A stretch of DNA of 64,000 nucleotides, from NCBI GenBank assembly GCA_035631755.1, contig DASQIC010000053.1, forward strand, positions 3,888 to 67,887. Reading direction: 5' to 3'. The stretch comes from Steroidobacteraceae bacterium. Its GTDB lineage: Bacteria > Pseudomonadota > Gammaproteobacteria > Steroidobacterales > Steroidobacteraceae. A program made the position numbers and the translations under genes. The notes below the pieces were generated by a model that had not been told where the DNA came from, made no database searches, and worked only from the letters and a program-made list of their open reading frames with translations. The number at the start of each line of letters is the position of its first letter. Within the stretch, counting starts at the first letter, position 1. This document shows, one piece after another, positions 18,227 to 26,648 of this stretch.

Positions 18227-18826
18227 GATTCGCGCTCTGGCGATGCCCGCAGACAGCTGCGGGCATCGCTCGCGGCGCGCCGCCGCGCCGTGAGCCCCGC
18301 CGCGCGCGCGCAAGCCGCGCTGCGCGCTGCGCACCACGCCGACCGTGCCCTGCACCTGCGCTGCGGGTGGCGCATCGCGGTGTATGCGGCGCTCCCCGAG
18401 GAGCTCGACACCGCCCCGCTCGTCGCGCTGGCGCTGCGCCGTGGCTGCCGCCTCTACCTGCCGCGCATCGACCGTCGGCGGCGCTCGCGCCGCATGCGCT
18501 TCGTCGAGATGCACGGGCCGATGCGGGCGAACCGCCTGGGGATCGCCGAGCCCGAGTGTGCGGCCACGATTGGCGCACGCTGGCTCGACCTCGTGTTTCT
18601 GCCGCTCGTCGGCTTCGATGCCCAGGGACTGCGGCTCGGGACCGGGGGTGGCTTCTACGACCGTGCTTTTGCGTTCCGGCTGCTGCGCCGCGAGTGGCAG
18701 GCACCGCGCCTGGTGGGCTTCGGCTACGCGTTCCAGCAGGTCGAGCGGATCGCCCGGGCGCCACATGACGTGGCTCTGGACGCGGTCGCGACCGACGAAG
18801 GGTTCCTGCGATGCACTACTGGCTGA
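18209..18826 (+). CDS. ygfA: 5-formyltetrahydrofolate cyclo-ligase
   Basis: ORF 18119..18826 trimmed to the ATG at 18209. Motifs are LVFLPLVGFDAQGLRLGTGGGFYDR and the N-terminal RRQLRASLAARRRA. The start lies inside the 3' stem of 6S RNA, so it is uncertain. Confidence 0.8.
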   Translation: MRVALPDSRSGDARRQLRASLAARRRAVSPAARAQAALRAAHHADRALHLRCGWRIAVYAALPEELDTAPLVALALRRGCRLYLPRIDRRRRSRRMRFVEMHGPMRANRLGIAEPECAATIGARWLDLVFLPLVGFDAQGLRLGTGGGFYDRAFAFRLLRREWQAPRLVGFGYAFQQVERIARAPHDVALDAVATDEGFLRCTTG

Positions 18827-19275
18827 TGAAGACCGAGCCGAGCACCTTCGGCGTCGAGCAGCTCGCCGCAGCGCCCCGCCGCACCGCCGCCTGGGACGGC
18901 GTACGAAATTATCAGGCGCGCAACATGCTGCGCGATGAGATGCGCCGGGGCGATCAGGCTCTCCTCTACTACTCCAGCTGCGAGGTGCCGGGCATCGTCG
19001 CCGTCATGGAGATCGTCAGGGAAGGCTACCCCGACCCGACCGCCTTCGATCGCCGGGATCCGCACTACGATCCGGGCAGTGACCGGAAGAATCCGCGCTG
19101 GTTCATGGTGGACGTGCGCCTCAAGCGCCGCCTGGCACGCACCATCGCGCTCGCCGAGCTGCGTGCGCATGCCGCCCGGGAGCTCGCGGGCCTCGCGCTG
19201 CTGCGTACCGGCAATCGCCTGTCGATCACGCCGGTCTCGGGCGCGCACTGGAAGTTCATTCTCGCGCTGGAGTGA
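18811..19275 (+). CDS. EVE (PUA-like) domain protein
   Basis: 154 aa beginning MHYWLMKTEPSTF..., with WDGVRNYQARNMLRDEM and LLYYSS. It overlaps the ygfA 3' end by 16 nt. Confidence 0.85.
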   Translation: MHYWLMKTEPSTFGVEQLAAAPRRTAAWDGVRNYQARNMLRDEMRRGDQALLYYSSCEVPGIVAVMEIVREGYPDPTAFDRRDPHYDPGSDRKNPRWFMVDVRLKRRLARTIALAELRAHAARELAGLALLRTGNRLSITPVSGAHWKFILALE

Positions 19276-19371
19276 GCGCGCATCGTGCGCGCGCGTGCGC
19301 CGCGCGCACCGTGCAGCACCGCGCGCGAGTCGCAGCGCATCGATCGCCTAGCACACTCGCGCGTCGCTCGC

Positions 19372-19399
19372 TTGTAATTTCGATTCGCGTGTATATACT
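19372..19399 (+). promoter_or_regulatory. Near-consensus sigma70 promoter in an AT-rich patch
   Basis: TTGTAA (19372-19377), a 16-nt spacer and TATACT (19394-19399). It lies about 38 nt upstream of the micro-ORF start. Confidence 0.4.
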
Positions 19400-19436
19400 C
19401 GGATCCCGGACTAACCCGTCAAATTGGAGAGCCAAC

Positions 19437-19487
19437 ATGGCGAAGGCAAAGAAGAAGGCCAAGAAGAAAGCTAGCAAGAAGAAATAG
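19437..19487 (+). CDS. Candidate micro-ORF encoding the 16-aa Lys/Ala peptide MAKAKKKAKKKASKKK
   Basis: The ATG at 19437 is preceded by GGAG (19426-19429) with a 7-nt spacer, and the stop is TAG at 19485. A promoter lies upstream and two hairpins lie downstream. No family is recognised. Confidence 0.35.
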   Translation: MAKAKKKAKKKASKKK

Positions 19488-19533
19488 GTCTTAACTCGGC
19501 GGCCGCACCAGTGGCCGCCGAGTCGCATTCGAG

Positions 19534-19570
19534 GACTGTGCCCGCTCACATGGCGGGCACAGTCGTTTCT
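19534..19570 (+). terminator. GC-rich hairpin with short U-run (terminator or attenuator) before rpiA
   Basis: GACTGTGCCCGC (19534-19545) pairs with GCGGGCACAGTC (19553-19564), followed by GTTTCT. A first hairpin, CTCGGCGGCC/GGCCGCCGAG, lies at 19495-19522. Confidence 0.35.
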
Positions 19571-19598
19571 GAGGTCCCCTCACTGGTCGGAGACGACG

Positions 19599-20258
19599 AT
19601 GACGGCGGACAGCGAGGCAAAGAAGCGCCGCGCGGCGCTGGCGGCGCTCGAGATGGTAGAGCGCGGCGCCGTCATCGGGATCGGCACGGGGTCGACCGTC
19701 AACCTCCTCATCGAGGCTCTGGCGCGCGACCGCGGCCGGGTGCGCCGCGCGGTCTCCAGCTCCCAGGCGAGCAGCGCGCGGCTCGCCGCGGCCGGCATCG
19801 AGGTCCTCGACCTGAACGATCTCGGCGAGCTCGGGCTCTATATCGACGGCGCCGACGAGGCGACGCCGGCGCGCGAGCTGATCAAGGGGGGCGGTGGCGC
19901 GCTCACCCGCGAGAAGGTCATCGCCGCGGCTGCTGGGCGCTTCGTGTGCATCATCGACGACTCGAAGCTGGTCGAGACTCTGGGCCGCTTCCCGCTGCCC
20001 GTGGAAGTGATCCCCATGGCGCGCGAGTACCTCGCGCGGCAGCTCGCCGCGCGCGGCGGTCGTCCCGTGTGGCGCCAGGGCTTCGTCACCGACAACGGCA
20101 ACCATATCCTCGACGTCCACGGGCTCGCCATCCGCGAGCCGGTCGCGCTCGAGCGTGAGCTCAACCAGCTCGCGGGCGTCGTTACGGTGGGACTCTTCGC
20201 CGCCCGCCCGGCGGACGTGCTGCTCGTCGGCACTGCGAGCGGGGTCGAAACCCGCTGA
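19599..20258 (+). CDS. rpiA: Ribose-5-phosphate isomerase A
   Basis: 219 aa with motifs [15 protein letters not shown] and [11 protein letters not shown]. Confidence 0.95.
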   Translation: MTADSEAKKRRAALAALEMVERGAVIGIGTGSTVNLLIEALARDRGRVRRAVSSSQASSARLAAAGIEVLDLNDLGELGLYIDGADEATPARELIKGGGGALTREKVIAAAAGRFVCIIDDSKLVETLGRFPLPVEVIPMAREYLARQLAARGGRPVWRQGFVTDNGNHILDVHGLAIREPVALERELNQLAGVVTVGLFAARPADVLLVGTASGVETR

Positions 20259-20282
20259 GCGCGCCGTCACCTCGTCAGCCCG

Positions 20283-20513
20283 TCACGCAGCGGCGTGTGG
20301 GCGTTGGAGCGTGCCGCTGGCTTTCATCACCAGATCGCGCAGCGTGGCGCCGGAGTGCTCCGTGCCCGCGATCAGCGCGTTCACCTTGTCGACGTACGCC
20401 TGGTGGTGCTTGCCGTAGTGATAGTCGAGCGTTTCGCGCGACATGTATGGCTCGAGCGCGTCGCGGGCATAGGGAAGCGGGGGCAAGGTGATAGCCGATC
20501 CGACAGTCGCCAT
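20283..20513 (-). pseudogene. Truncated Fe/Mn superoxide dismutase (N-terminal domain only)
   Basis: The 76-codon ORF reads [41 protein letters not shown]..., which is the SOD N-terminal helical domain. The ORF ends 25 nt from the convergent rpiA stop and the C-terminal domain is absent. The strong SD AAGGAGG is retained. Confidence 0.7.
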
Positions 20514-20623
20514 GGCGGGATCCTCCTTAACAGCCGGTGCTGCGCCGTCCGTGAGCGCGGCGCTGCTCAGGTGGACAGCGGGCGGGGGATTTAGTGCCGG
20601 GCCGCCAGTGCCGGCCCAAAGGA

Positions 20624-20649
20624 GAAGGCCCGCCGGGGGGCGGGCCTTC
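20624..20649 (-). terminator. Rho-independent terminator after tRNA-Gln
   Basis: An 11-bp stem GAAGGCCCGCC/GGCGGGCCTTC with a 4-nt loop. On the minus strand it is followed by UCCUUUGGG. Confidence 0.6.
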
Positions 20650-20655
20650 GTCTGT

Positions 20656-20729
20656 TGGCTGGGGGACTAGGATTCGAACCTAGGTAAACGGAGTCAGAGT
20701 CCGTTGTCCTACCGCTAGACGATCCCCCA
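20656..20729 (-). tRNA. tRNA-Gln (anticodon CUG)
   Basis: The minus strand reads UGGGGGAUCGUCUAGCGGUAGGACAACGGACUCUGACUCCGUUUACCUAGGUUCGAAUCCUAGUCCCCCAGCCA. It folds as a cloverleaf with anticodon loop CUCUGAC, a GTTCGAATC T-loop and an encoded CCA. Confidence 0.95.
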
Positions 20730-20740
20730 TGGTCCATTGG

Positions 20741-20822
20741 CGAAAATAGCCTGCGGCTATTTTCGCAGAAACAGCGCCGGGGTTCATTTCGGCGCGGGCA
20801 AAAGGCGCGGCTTTTGCCCGCG
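20741..20822 (-). terminator. Two hairpins downstream of rpsI (probable operon terminators)
   Basis: A 12-bp stem CGCGGGCAAAAG/CTTTTGCCCGCG lies at 20793-20822. An 11-bp stem CGAAAATAGCC/GGCTATTTTCG lies at 20741-20765. Confidence 0.4.
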
Positions 20823-20831
20823 AGTGTTCGT

Positions 20832-21227
20832 CTAACGCTTCGAGTACTGCGTCCCGCGCCGCGCCTTGCGGCGCCCGACCTTCTTGCGCTCCACCTCGCG
20901 GGCATCGCGGGTGACGAACCCCGCAGCGCGCAGCGGCTTGCGCAGGTTCTCATCGTACTCGATCAGCGCTCGCGTGATGCCGTGACGGATCGCACCCGCC
21001 TGTCCGGTGGTGCCCCCGCCCGCGACCTTGACGGTGATGTCGAACTGGCTGTGCAGTTTCACCGCATCCAGCGGCTGGCGGACGATCATCCGGCCGGTCT
21101 CGCGTCCGAAGAACTCGTCCAGCGAGCGGTCGTTGACCGTGATGCGCCCGCTGCCGGGCTTGAGGTAGACACGCGCCGTGGCGGTCTTGCGCCGGCCGGT
21201 ACCGTAGTGATTCGGGGTCGCGGGCAT
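20832..21227 (-). CDS. rpsI: 30S ribosomal protein S9
   Basis: 131 aa containing [31 protein letters not shown] and a C-terminal ...RRGTQYSKR. Confidence 0.95.
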   Translation of the reverse strand: MPATPNHYGTGRRKTATARVYLKPGSGRITVNDRSLDEFFGRETGRMIVRQPLDAVKLHSQFDITVKVAGGGTTGQAGAIRHGITRALIEYDENLRKPLRAAGFVTRDAREVERKKVGRRKARRGTQYSKR

Positions 21228-21237
21228 GGTTTCGGTC

Positions 21238-21669
21238 CTATGCGATCGGCAGCGGTTTCGGCTGCTGCGCCTGGTGCGGATGCTCGCCGCCGGCGAACAC
21301 GTGGAGCTTGCGGAACATGCGCCGGCCGAGCGGGTTCTTCGGCAGCATGCCCTTCACGGCGAACTCGATCGCACGCTCGGGATGCTCGCTGAGGAGCTTC
21401 TCGAGCGAGATCGACTTGATGCCGCCGATGTGCCCGGTGTGATGGTAGTAGATCTTGTCGCTCAGCTTGCGCCCCGTGACGCGGATCTTGTGCGCGTTCA
21501 CCACCACGATGTGATCGCCCATGTCGACGTGCGGACTGTAGTCGGCCTTGTGCTTGCCCCGCAGGCGATGGGCAATCTGCGAGGCGAGCCGCCCGAGCGT
21601 CTTGTCGCTGGCATCGACGATGAACCAGTCGCCGCGGACACTGCCGCGGTTGGCGAATACGGTCTTCAT
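21238..21669 (-). CDS. rplM: 50S ribosomal protein L13
   Basis: 143 aa beginning [41 protein letters not shown]..., directly upstream of rpsI. Confidence 0.95.
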   Translation of the reverse strand: MKTVFANRGSVRGDWFIVDASDKTLGRLASQIAHRLRGKHKADYSPHVDMGDHIVVVNAHKIRVTGRKLSDKIYYHHTGHIGGIKSISLEKLLSEHPERAIEFAVKGMLPKNPLGRRMFRKLHVFAGGEHPHQAQQPKPLPIA

Positions 21670-21711
21670 TAAGCTTACCCGCGGGGGCCCGGGGCCGAAA
21701 AAAGGCGGGGA

Positions 21712-21740
21712 AGTTTACTCAAGGCCCTGCCGCAATGCAA
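21712..21740 (-). promoter_or_regulatory. Possible rplM-rpsI promoter
   Basis: The minus strand has TTGCAT (21740-21735), a 17-nt spacer and TAAACT (21717-21712). Confidence 0.4.
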
Positions 21741-21799
21741 AGCACCCGCCGCAGCCCGGTCAGCCGGGCGGCGGACACCCTATAATAGACCCCCAGGAT

Positions 21800-22438
21800 A
21801 TGGGGTCAGGCCGCATTTCCCGCGACTCTGCGATCGCTGCTGTCGATCGGGCGCTGCGCGCGCTTCTCGCACCGGCGCCGGCCGCCCGCCCGGCGCCGGG
21901 CGGCCCCGGGTCTGCCCAGGGCCTGAGCGACACCGATCGCCGCGAGAGTGCCGCGCTGATGCGCGTCAACCATGCCGGCGAGCTCGCGGCGCAGGCGCTC
22001 TACCACGGACAGGCGCTGATGGCGCACTCCGACGCCACGCGCACGCTGCTGCTCGAGGCAGCGCGCGCCGAATCCGATCACCTCGCCTGGTGCGAGACGC
22101 GCCTGCGGGAGCTCGGCGCACGCACCAGCCTGCTCGATCCGCTCTGGTACGCGGGCTCCTTCGCGATCGGGGCGCTGGCCGCGCTCATGGGGGATCGCGC
22201 CAGCCTCGGCTTCGTGGTCGAGACCGAGCGCCAGGTGGAGGGACACCTCGGAGCGCACCTCGGCCGACTCCCGCCGGCCGATACCCGCAGCCGTGCCATA
22301 CTGCAAGTCATGAGGGCGGAGGAGATCGCGCACGGGGCAACCGCCGCCGCGGCCGGAGGTACGCAGCTGCCGGCGCCGGTGAGCGCCCTGATGCGGCTCA
22401 CCGCGCGCGTCATGACCGGAACGGCCTACTGGATCTGA
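21800..22438 (+). CDS. coq7: Demethoxyubiquinone hydroxylase (di-iron, Coq7 family)
   Basis: ORF trimmed to the ATG at 21800. Motifs are [32 protein letters not shown] and AEEIAHG (the EXXH pairs). TATAAT at 21781-21786 lies only 13 nt before the ATG. Confidence 0.85.
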   Translation: MGSGRISRDSAIAAVDRALRALLAPAPAARPAPGGPGSAQGLSDTDRRESAALMRVNHAGELAAQALYHGQALMAHSDATRTLLLEAARAESDHLAWCETRLRELGARTSLLDPLWYAGSFAIGALAALMGDRASLGFVVETERQVEGHLGAHLGRLPPADTRSRAILQVMRAEEIAHGATAAAAGGTQLPAPVSALMRLTARVMTGTAYWI

Positions 22439-22503
22439 CGGTCTCGCCGCGCAACTGGACGCCGCCACACTGGATGGACCATGATCGTTCTGGGGGAGCC
22501 GGT

Positions 22504-23256
22504 ATGGAAGAGAACATCAAGCCGCTGAGCGAAATCCCGGCGATCAATCGCTTCCTGAGCTATTGCCGGATACGCGCCGTCCCGTCCAAGACCGTGGTGA
22601 TTCACGCCGGCGATCTGCCGGACGTCCTCTACTACATCATCAGCGGCTCGGTGGAAGTGATGATCGAGGATGAGGAAGGCAACGAGATGGTGCTCGCCTA
22701 CCTCAACCGCGGGCAGTTCTTCGGCGAGATGGGCCTGTTCTACGAGCAGCCGACCCGCAGCGCCTGGGTGCGCACCCGCAACCAGTGCGAGCTCGCCGAG
22801 ATGACCTACCCGCGCTTCCGGCAAATCGCCGCCGAGAGCCCCGGGCTGGTGTTCGAGCTCGCGACGCAGCTCGCGACCCGCCTCGACCGCACCAACCGCA
22901 AGCTCGGCGACCTCGCCTTCGTCGACGTCACCGGGCGCGTCGCGCACGCGATCATGGATCTGTGCGGCGAGCCCGACGCCATGACCCACCCGGAAGGCAT
23001 GCAGATCAAGGTGAGCCGCCAGGAGCTCTCGCGCCTGGTCGGCTGCTCGCGCGAGATGGCGGGCCGGGTGCTCAAGGTGCTCGAGGAACAGGGGCTGCTG
23101 CGCGCCACCGGCAAGACCATCGTGGTCTTCAACGCCCGACCCAAGATGAAGACCCGGCCGGTGATCGTGCCCGCCAAGCCGGCGGGCCCTGGCAGGGCGA
23201 CCGGTCAGGTCGTCGCGGATGAGGACGAGGACGAAGACGACGATGATGACGAGTAG
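22504..23256 (+). CDS. crp: CRP/Clp/Vfr-type cNMP-binding transcription factor with extra C-terminal tail
   Basis: The ATG at 22504 begins MEENIKPLSEI.... The cNMP fold shows GQFFGEMGLF...RSAWVRT, and the HTH is SRQELSRLVGCSREMAGRVLKVLEEQGL. About 40 extra residues end in ADEDEDEDDDDDE. Confidence 0.85.
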   Translation: MEENIKPLSEIPAINRFLSYCRIRAVPSKTVVIHAGDLPDVLYYIISGSVEVMIEDEEGNEMVLAYLNRGQFFGEMGLFYEQPTRSAWVRTRNQCELAEMTYPRFRQIAAESPGLVFELATQLATRLDRTNRKLGDLAFVDVTGRVAHAIMDLCGEPDAMTHPEGMQIKVSRQELSRLVGCSREMAGRVLKVLEEQGLLRATGKTIVVFNARPKMKTRPVIVPAKPAGPGRATGQVVADEDEDEDDDDDE

Positions 23257-23286
23257 CCGCGCCTGAGGCGCGGTGGTAGCCGCGCC

Positions 23287-24012
23287 TCAGCGCGCGCGCC
23301 GCTCCGCGGCACGGCCGCGCGCCGCCGGTCCGCCCGCAGTGCCCGCCACCCGCTCGATCTGCGCACGCATCTCGCGAATGGTGCGCGCATAGTCGCCGCT
23401 GCCGAAGATCGCCGAGCCCGCCACGAAGGTATCGGCCCCGGCCCGGGCCACGGCGGCGATGTTGTCGGTCTTGACGCCGCCGTCGACCTCGAGACGCACC
23501 TCGCGGCCCGCCGCATCGATGCGCCGCCGCGCGTCGGCGAGCTTCTCCAGCGCCGCGGGAATGAACTGCTGCCCGGCGAATCCCGGGTTCACCGACATGA
23601 TGAGCACCAGGTCGAGCGCTCCGAGCGTGTAATCGAGCCAGTCGAGCGGCGTCGCGGGGTTGAACACCAGGCCCGGGCGGCAGCCGTGCTCGCGGATCAG
23701 GTGAATGGTGCGATCGACGTGCTCGCTCGCCTCGGGGTGAAAGCTGATGAAGGTCGCGCCGGCCGCGGCGAAGTCCGGCACCAGCCGATCGACCGGGCGC
23801 ACCATGAGGTGCACGTCGATCGGGGCACGCACGCCGTGCTTGCGCAGCGCCTCGCACACCAGCGGTCCGATGGTGAGATTCGGCACGTAGTGGTTGTCCA
23901 TCACGTCGAAATGGATGAGATCGGCGCCGGCCTCGAGCACCGCCTCGACCTCGGCGCCGAGCCGGGCGAAGTCGGCCGAGAGAATCGACGGGGCGATCCA
24001 GGGCTGCAGCAT
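23287..24012 (-). CDS. rpe: Ribulose-phosphate 3-epimerase
   Basis: 241 aa with motifs [26 protein letters not shown] and [10 protein letters not shown]. Confidence 0.95.
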   Translation of the reverse strand: MLQPWIAPSILSADFARLGAEVEAVLEAGADLIHFDVMDNHYVPNLTIGPLVCEALRKHGVRAPIDVHLMVRPVDRLVPDFAAAGATFISFHPEASEHVDRTIHLIREHGCRPGLVFNPATPLDWLDYTLGALDLVLIMSVNPGFAGQQFIPAALEKLADARRRIDAAGREVRLEVDGGVKTDNIAAVARAGADTFVAGSAIFGSGDYARTIREMRAQIERVAGTAGGPAARGRAAERRAR

Positions 24013-24080
24013 GGCGACAGTCTAACCGAAGCGCTCCCCCGGCGCGGCGGCGGCAGCGCGGCGCCGTCAGCGCGGCGCCG

Positions 24081-24968
24081 TCAGCGGGTGATGCGCGCGA
24101 GCGCCTCGCGGTACTTGTCGCTGGTGCGCGCGATGATGTCCGGCGGCAGGTGCGGTCCCGGGGCCTGCTTGTTCCAATCGAGCGTCTCGAGGTAATCGCG
24201 CACGAACTGCTTGTCGAAGCTCGGCGGGCTCGCGCCGGGCAGATAGCTGTCGGCGGGCCAGAAGCGCGAGGAATCCGGGGTGAGCGCCTCGTCGGCCAGC
24301 GTGAGCGTGCCGGCGGCGTCGACGCCGAACTCGAACTTGGTGTCGGCGATGATGATGCCGCGCTCGCGGGCGTGCGCCGCGGCGCAGCGGTAGAGCGCGA
24401 GCGCGGTGTCGCGCACCGCGGCGGCGAGCCGCGGACCGATGAGCTTCTCCACCGCCGCGAAGCTGATGTTCTCGTCGTGCCGGCCCGAGGGTGCCTTGGT
24501 GGCGGGGGTGAAGATCGGCTGCGGCAGCTCGCCGGCGAGCGGCAGGCCTCTGGGGAGCTCGATGCCACAGAGCGCGCCGCTCGCCTGGTAGTCCTTCCAG
24601 CCCGAGCCGATCAGGTAGCCACGCACCACCGCCTCGATGGGCAGCACCTCGAGCCGCCGCACGATCACCGCGCGACCCTCGAGCAGCGCGCGCTCGCGCG
24701 GATCCTTCACCACCTCAGCGGGGTCGCGCCCGGTCAGGTGATTCGGCACCAGATCCCGCAGGCGCGCGAACCAGAAGTTGGAGATGGCGGTGAGCACGCG
24801 GCCCTTGTCCGGGATCGGATCCGGCAGCACGACGTCGAAGGCCGACAGGCGGTCGGTGGTGACGATGAGCAGCGTCGCGGCATCGACCGCGTAGAGGTCG
24901 CGCACCTTGCCCTCGTGGATGCGCGCGAGGCCGGAGAGCGCGGTGCGGTAGACGGTGGGGGCTGACAT
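24081..24968 (-). CDS. purC: Phosphoribosylaminoimidazole-succinocarboxamide synthase (long form)
   Basis: ORF trimmed to the ATG at 24968 ([26 protein letters not shown]...). The motifs LSAFD and [10 protein letters not shown] are present. Confidence 0.95.
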   Translation of the reverse strand: MSAPTVYRTALSGLARIHEGKVRDLYAVDAATLLIVTTDRLSAFDVVLPDPIPDKGRVLTAISNFWFARLRDLVPNHLTGRDPAEVVKDPRERALLEGRAVIVRRLEVLPIEAVVRGYLIGSGWKDYQASGALCGIELPRGLPLAGELPQPIFTPATKAPSGRHDENISFAAVEKLIGPRLAAAVRDTALALYRCAAAHARERGIIIADTKFEFGVDAAGTLTLADEALTPDSSRFWPADSYLPGASPPSFDKQFVRDYLETLDWNKQAPGPHLPPDIIARTSDKYREALARITR

Positions 24969-25002
24969 GTGCTTGGTACTATACGTTGACATGACGGCAG
25001 GC

Positions 25003-25815
25003 ATGAAATGGACCGGCAAGCTCGTGGGCGGACTGCTCGGCATGCTCACCCTCGGCCCGATCGGCGCGGCGCTCGGAGTGCTGCTCGGCCACCAGTTCGA
25101 CACGCAGGCACTCGACGAGGGGCTGCCCGGCGACGGCGCCGACGGCGACGTCGCCGCCATCGGCGAGCGCTTCTTCCGCGCCACGTTCCACGTGATGGGC
25201 TGCCTCGCCAAGGCCGACGGCCGGGTGTCGGAGCAGGAGATCGCCGCAGCGCGCGCCGTGATGGGTGAGCTGCGCCTCGATGCGGCACAGGTGCGCGAGG
25301 CGATCGCGCTGTTCACCGCCGGCAAGCAGGCCGACTTCGACCTCGACGCCGAGCTCGCGGGGCTGCGCCGCGCCTGCCGCGGCCGGGGGGATGTCGTGCG
25401 GATATTCCTCGAGATCCAGGTGCGCGCCGCGCTCGCCGGCAACAACATGGAAGGTCCGGTGCGCCCGCTGCTCTCGCGCATCGCCTCCGCGCTGCGCATC
25501 TCGGGGCTCGAGCTGGCCCAGATCGAGGCGGTGTTGCGTATCCAGCGCGGCGCCTTTCGTGCGGAAGGCGCACGCGGCAGCGCCGGCGCCGCCCGCGATC
25601 AGTCGCTCGAGCAGGCCTACCGCGTGCTCGAGACCTCTCCCGGCGCGAGCGACCAGGAGGTGGTCAAGGCCTACCGCCGCCAGCTCCACCGGCATCATCC
25701 CGACAAGCTCAAGGCGAACGGGCTGCCCGAGTCGATGCTGGCGCACGCCAAGCAGCGTACCCAGCAGATCATCGAAGCCTACGAGCTCATCCGCGCGCGG
25801 CGCAGGATGCAGTAG
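25003..25815 (+). CDS. djlA: Co-chaperone DjlA (membrane anchor, TerB-like region, C-terminal J domain)
   Basis: [33 protein letters not shown] resembles the E. coli DjlA N-terminus. The C-terminal J domain reads AYRVLE...[13 protein letters not shown]. The start is chosen by homology (ATG 25003); ATG 24991 is an alternative. Confidence 0.8.
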   Translation: MKWTGKLVGGLLGMLTLGPIGAALGVLLGHQFDTQALDEGLPGDGADGDVAAIGERFFRATFHVMGCLAKADGRVSEQEIAAARAVMGELRLDAAQVREAIALFTAGKQADFDLDAELAGLRRACRGRGDVVRIFLEIQVRAALAGNNMEGPVRPLLSRIASALRISGLELAQIEAVLRIQRGAFRAEGARGSAGAARDQSLEQAYRVLETSPGASDQEVVKAYRRQLHRHHPDKLKANGLPESMLAHAKQRTQQIIEAYELIRARRRMQ

Positions 25816-26608
25816 CCCAGTCCTCGATCACGCGCTGGATGGCGCGCACCCCGTCGGTGAGCGCTGCCGGCCCCGGCTGCAGGATGATCGCCGACTTGAT
25901 CTCGCGCACGTAGCCCCGGCGCACCGCCGGCACCTCGCTCCATCCGGGGCGCGCCGCCACGCGTTCGGGGCGGAATTTCTTGCCGCACCAGGAGCCGAGC
26001 ACGATGTCGGGGGCGCGGCGCGGCACCGCGAGCGGATCGGCGATGATGCGCTCGCGACCGAGGGCCCCGCGCGCGAGCTCGGGGAAGCATTCCTCGCCGC
26101 CGGCGAGCGTGACCAGCTCCGACACCCAGCCGATCCCGCTGATCTGCGGCTCGTCCCACTCCTCGAAGTACACCCGCGGACGCTTGGGTAACGCCGCCGC
26201 CCGCGCACGCACCTCCTCGAGCCCCGCCGCGAGCCGCCCGGCGAGCGCCTCGGCCTGCGCCTGGCAGCCGATCATGCCTCCGAGGGTGCGGATCATGGCA
26301 AGGATGCCTGCGACGCTGCGCTGGTTGAAGACGTGCACCGCGAGTCCTGCGCGCACCAGCTCGGCGGCGATGTCGGCCTGCAGATCCGAGAAGCCGAGCA
26401 CCAGGTCGGGTGTCAGCCCGAGGATGCGCTCGGTATGGGCGCTGGTGAAAGCGGACACCCGCGGCTTCTCGCGCCGGGCGCGCGGCGGGCGCACCGTGAA
26501 GCCGGAGATGCCTACGATCCGCCAGTCCTCGCCCAGCAGGTAGAGCGTCTCGGTCGTCTCCTCGGTGAGGCACACGATCCGTTGCGGATAAGCTGAAATC
26601 GCGGTCAT
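25787..26608 (-). CDS. Cobalamin/iron-siderophore-type periplasmic-binding-fold protein without signal peptide
   Basis: 273 aa beginning RIVCLTEETTETLYLLG...PDLVL.... It has the typical class III (BtuF/FhuD-like) binding-protein pattern. It has no N-terminal signal sequence and no adjacent permease or ATPase. Confidence 0.65.
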   Translation of the reverse strand: MTAISAYPQRIVCLTEETTETLYLLGEDWRIVGISGFTVRPPRARREKPRVSAFTSAHTERILGLTPDLVLGFSDLQADIAAELVRAGLAVHVFNQRSVAGILAMIRTLGGMIGCQAQAEALAGRLAAGLEEVRARAAALPKRPRVYFEEWDEPQISGIGWVSELVTLAGGEECFPELARGALGRERIIADPLAVPRRAPDIVLGSWCGKKFRPERVAARPGWSEVPAVRRGYVREIKSAIILQPGPAALTDGVRAIQRVIEDWATASCAARG

Positions 26609-26648
26609 GTTGGCGCCCGTCCGGGGGCGGGCACTGTATCCTTAGAGG

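Noticed and set aside
19272-19436. The long (71-aa) version of the ORF that ends in the Lys-rich peptide
   Set aside because: The upstream 55 codons start at a GTG inside the EVE gene stop region. They are Arg/Ala-rich and span the predicted promoter. Only the ATG at 19437 has an SD.
20514-20831. tRNA-Gln flanks as an integration site for a genomic island or prophage
   Set aside because: There is no integrase, no direct repeat of the tRNA 3' end and no foreign genes. The only oddity is the truncated sod remnant, which is reported separately.
25787-26608. Orphan binding-protein-fold gene without a signal peptide, overlapping the djlA 3' end by 29 nt
   Set aside because: Stand-alone signal-less cobalamin-binding-type proteins are, as far as I recall, a common annotated family. 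The convergent overlap is unremarkable in compact GC-rich genomes.
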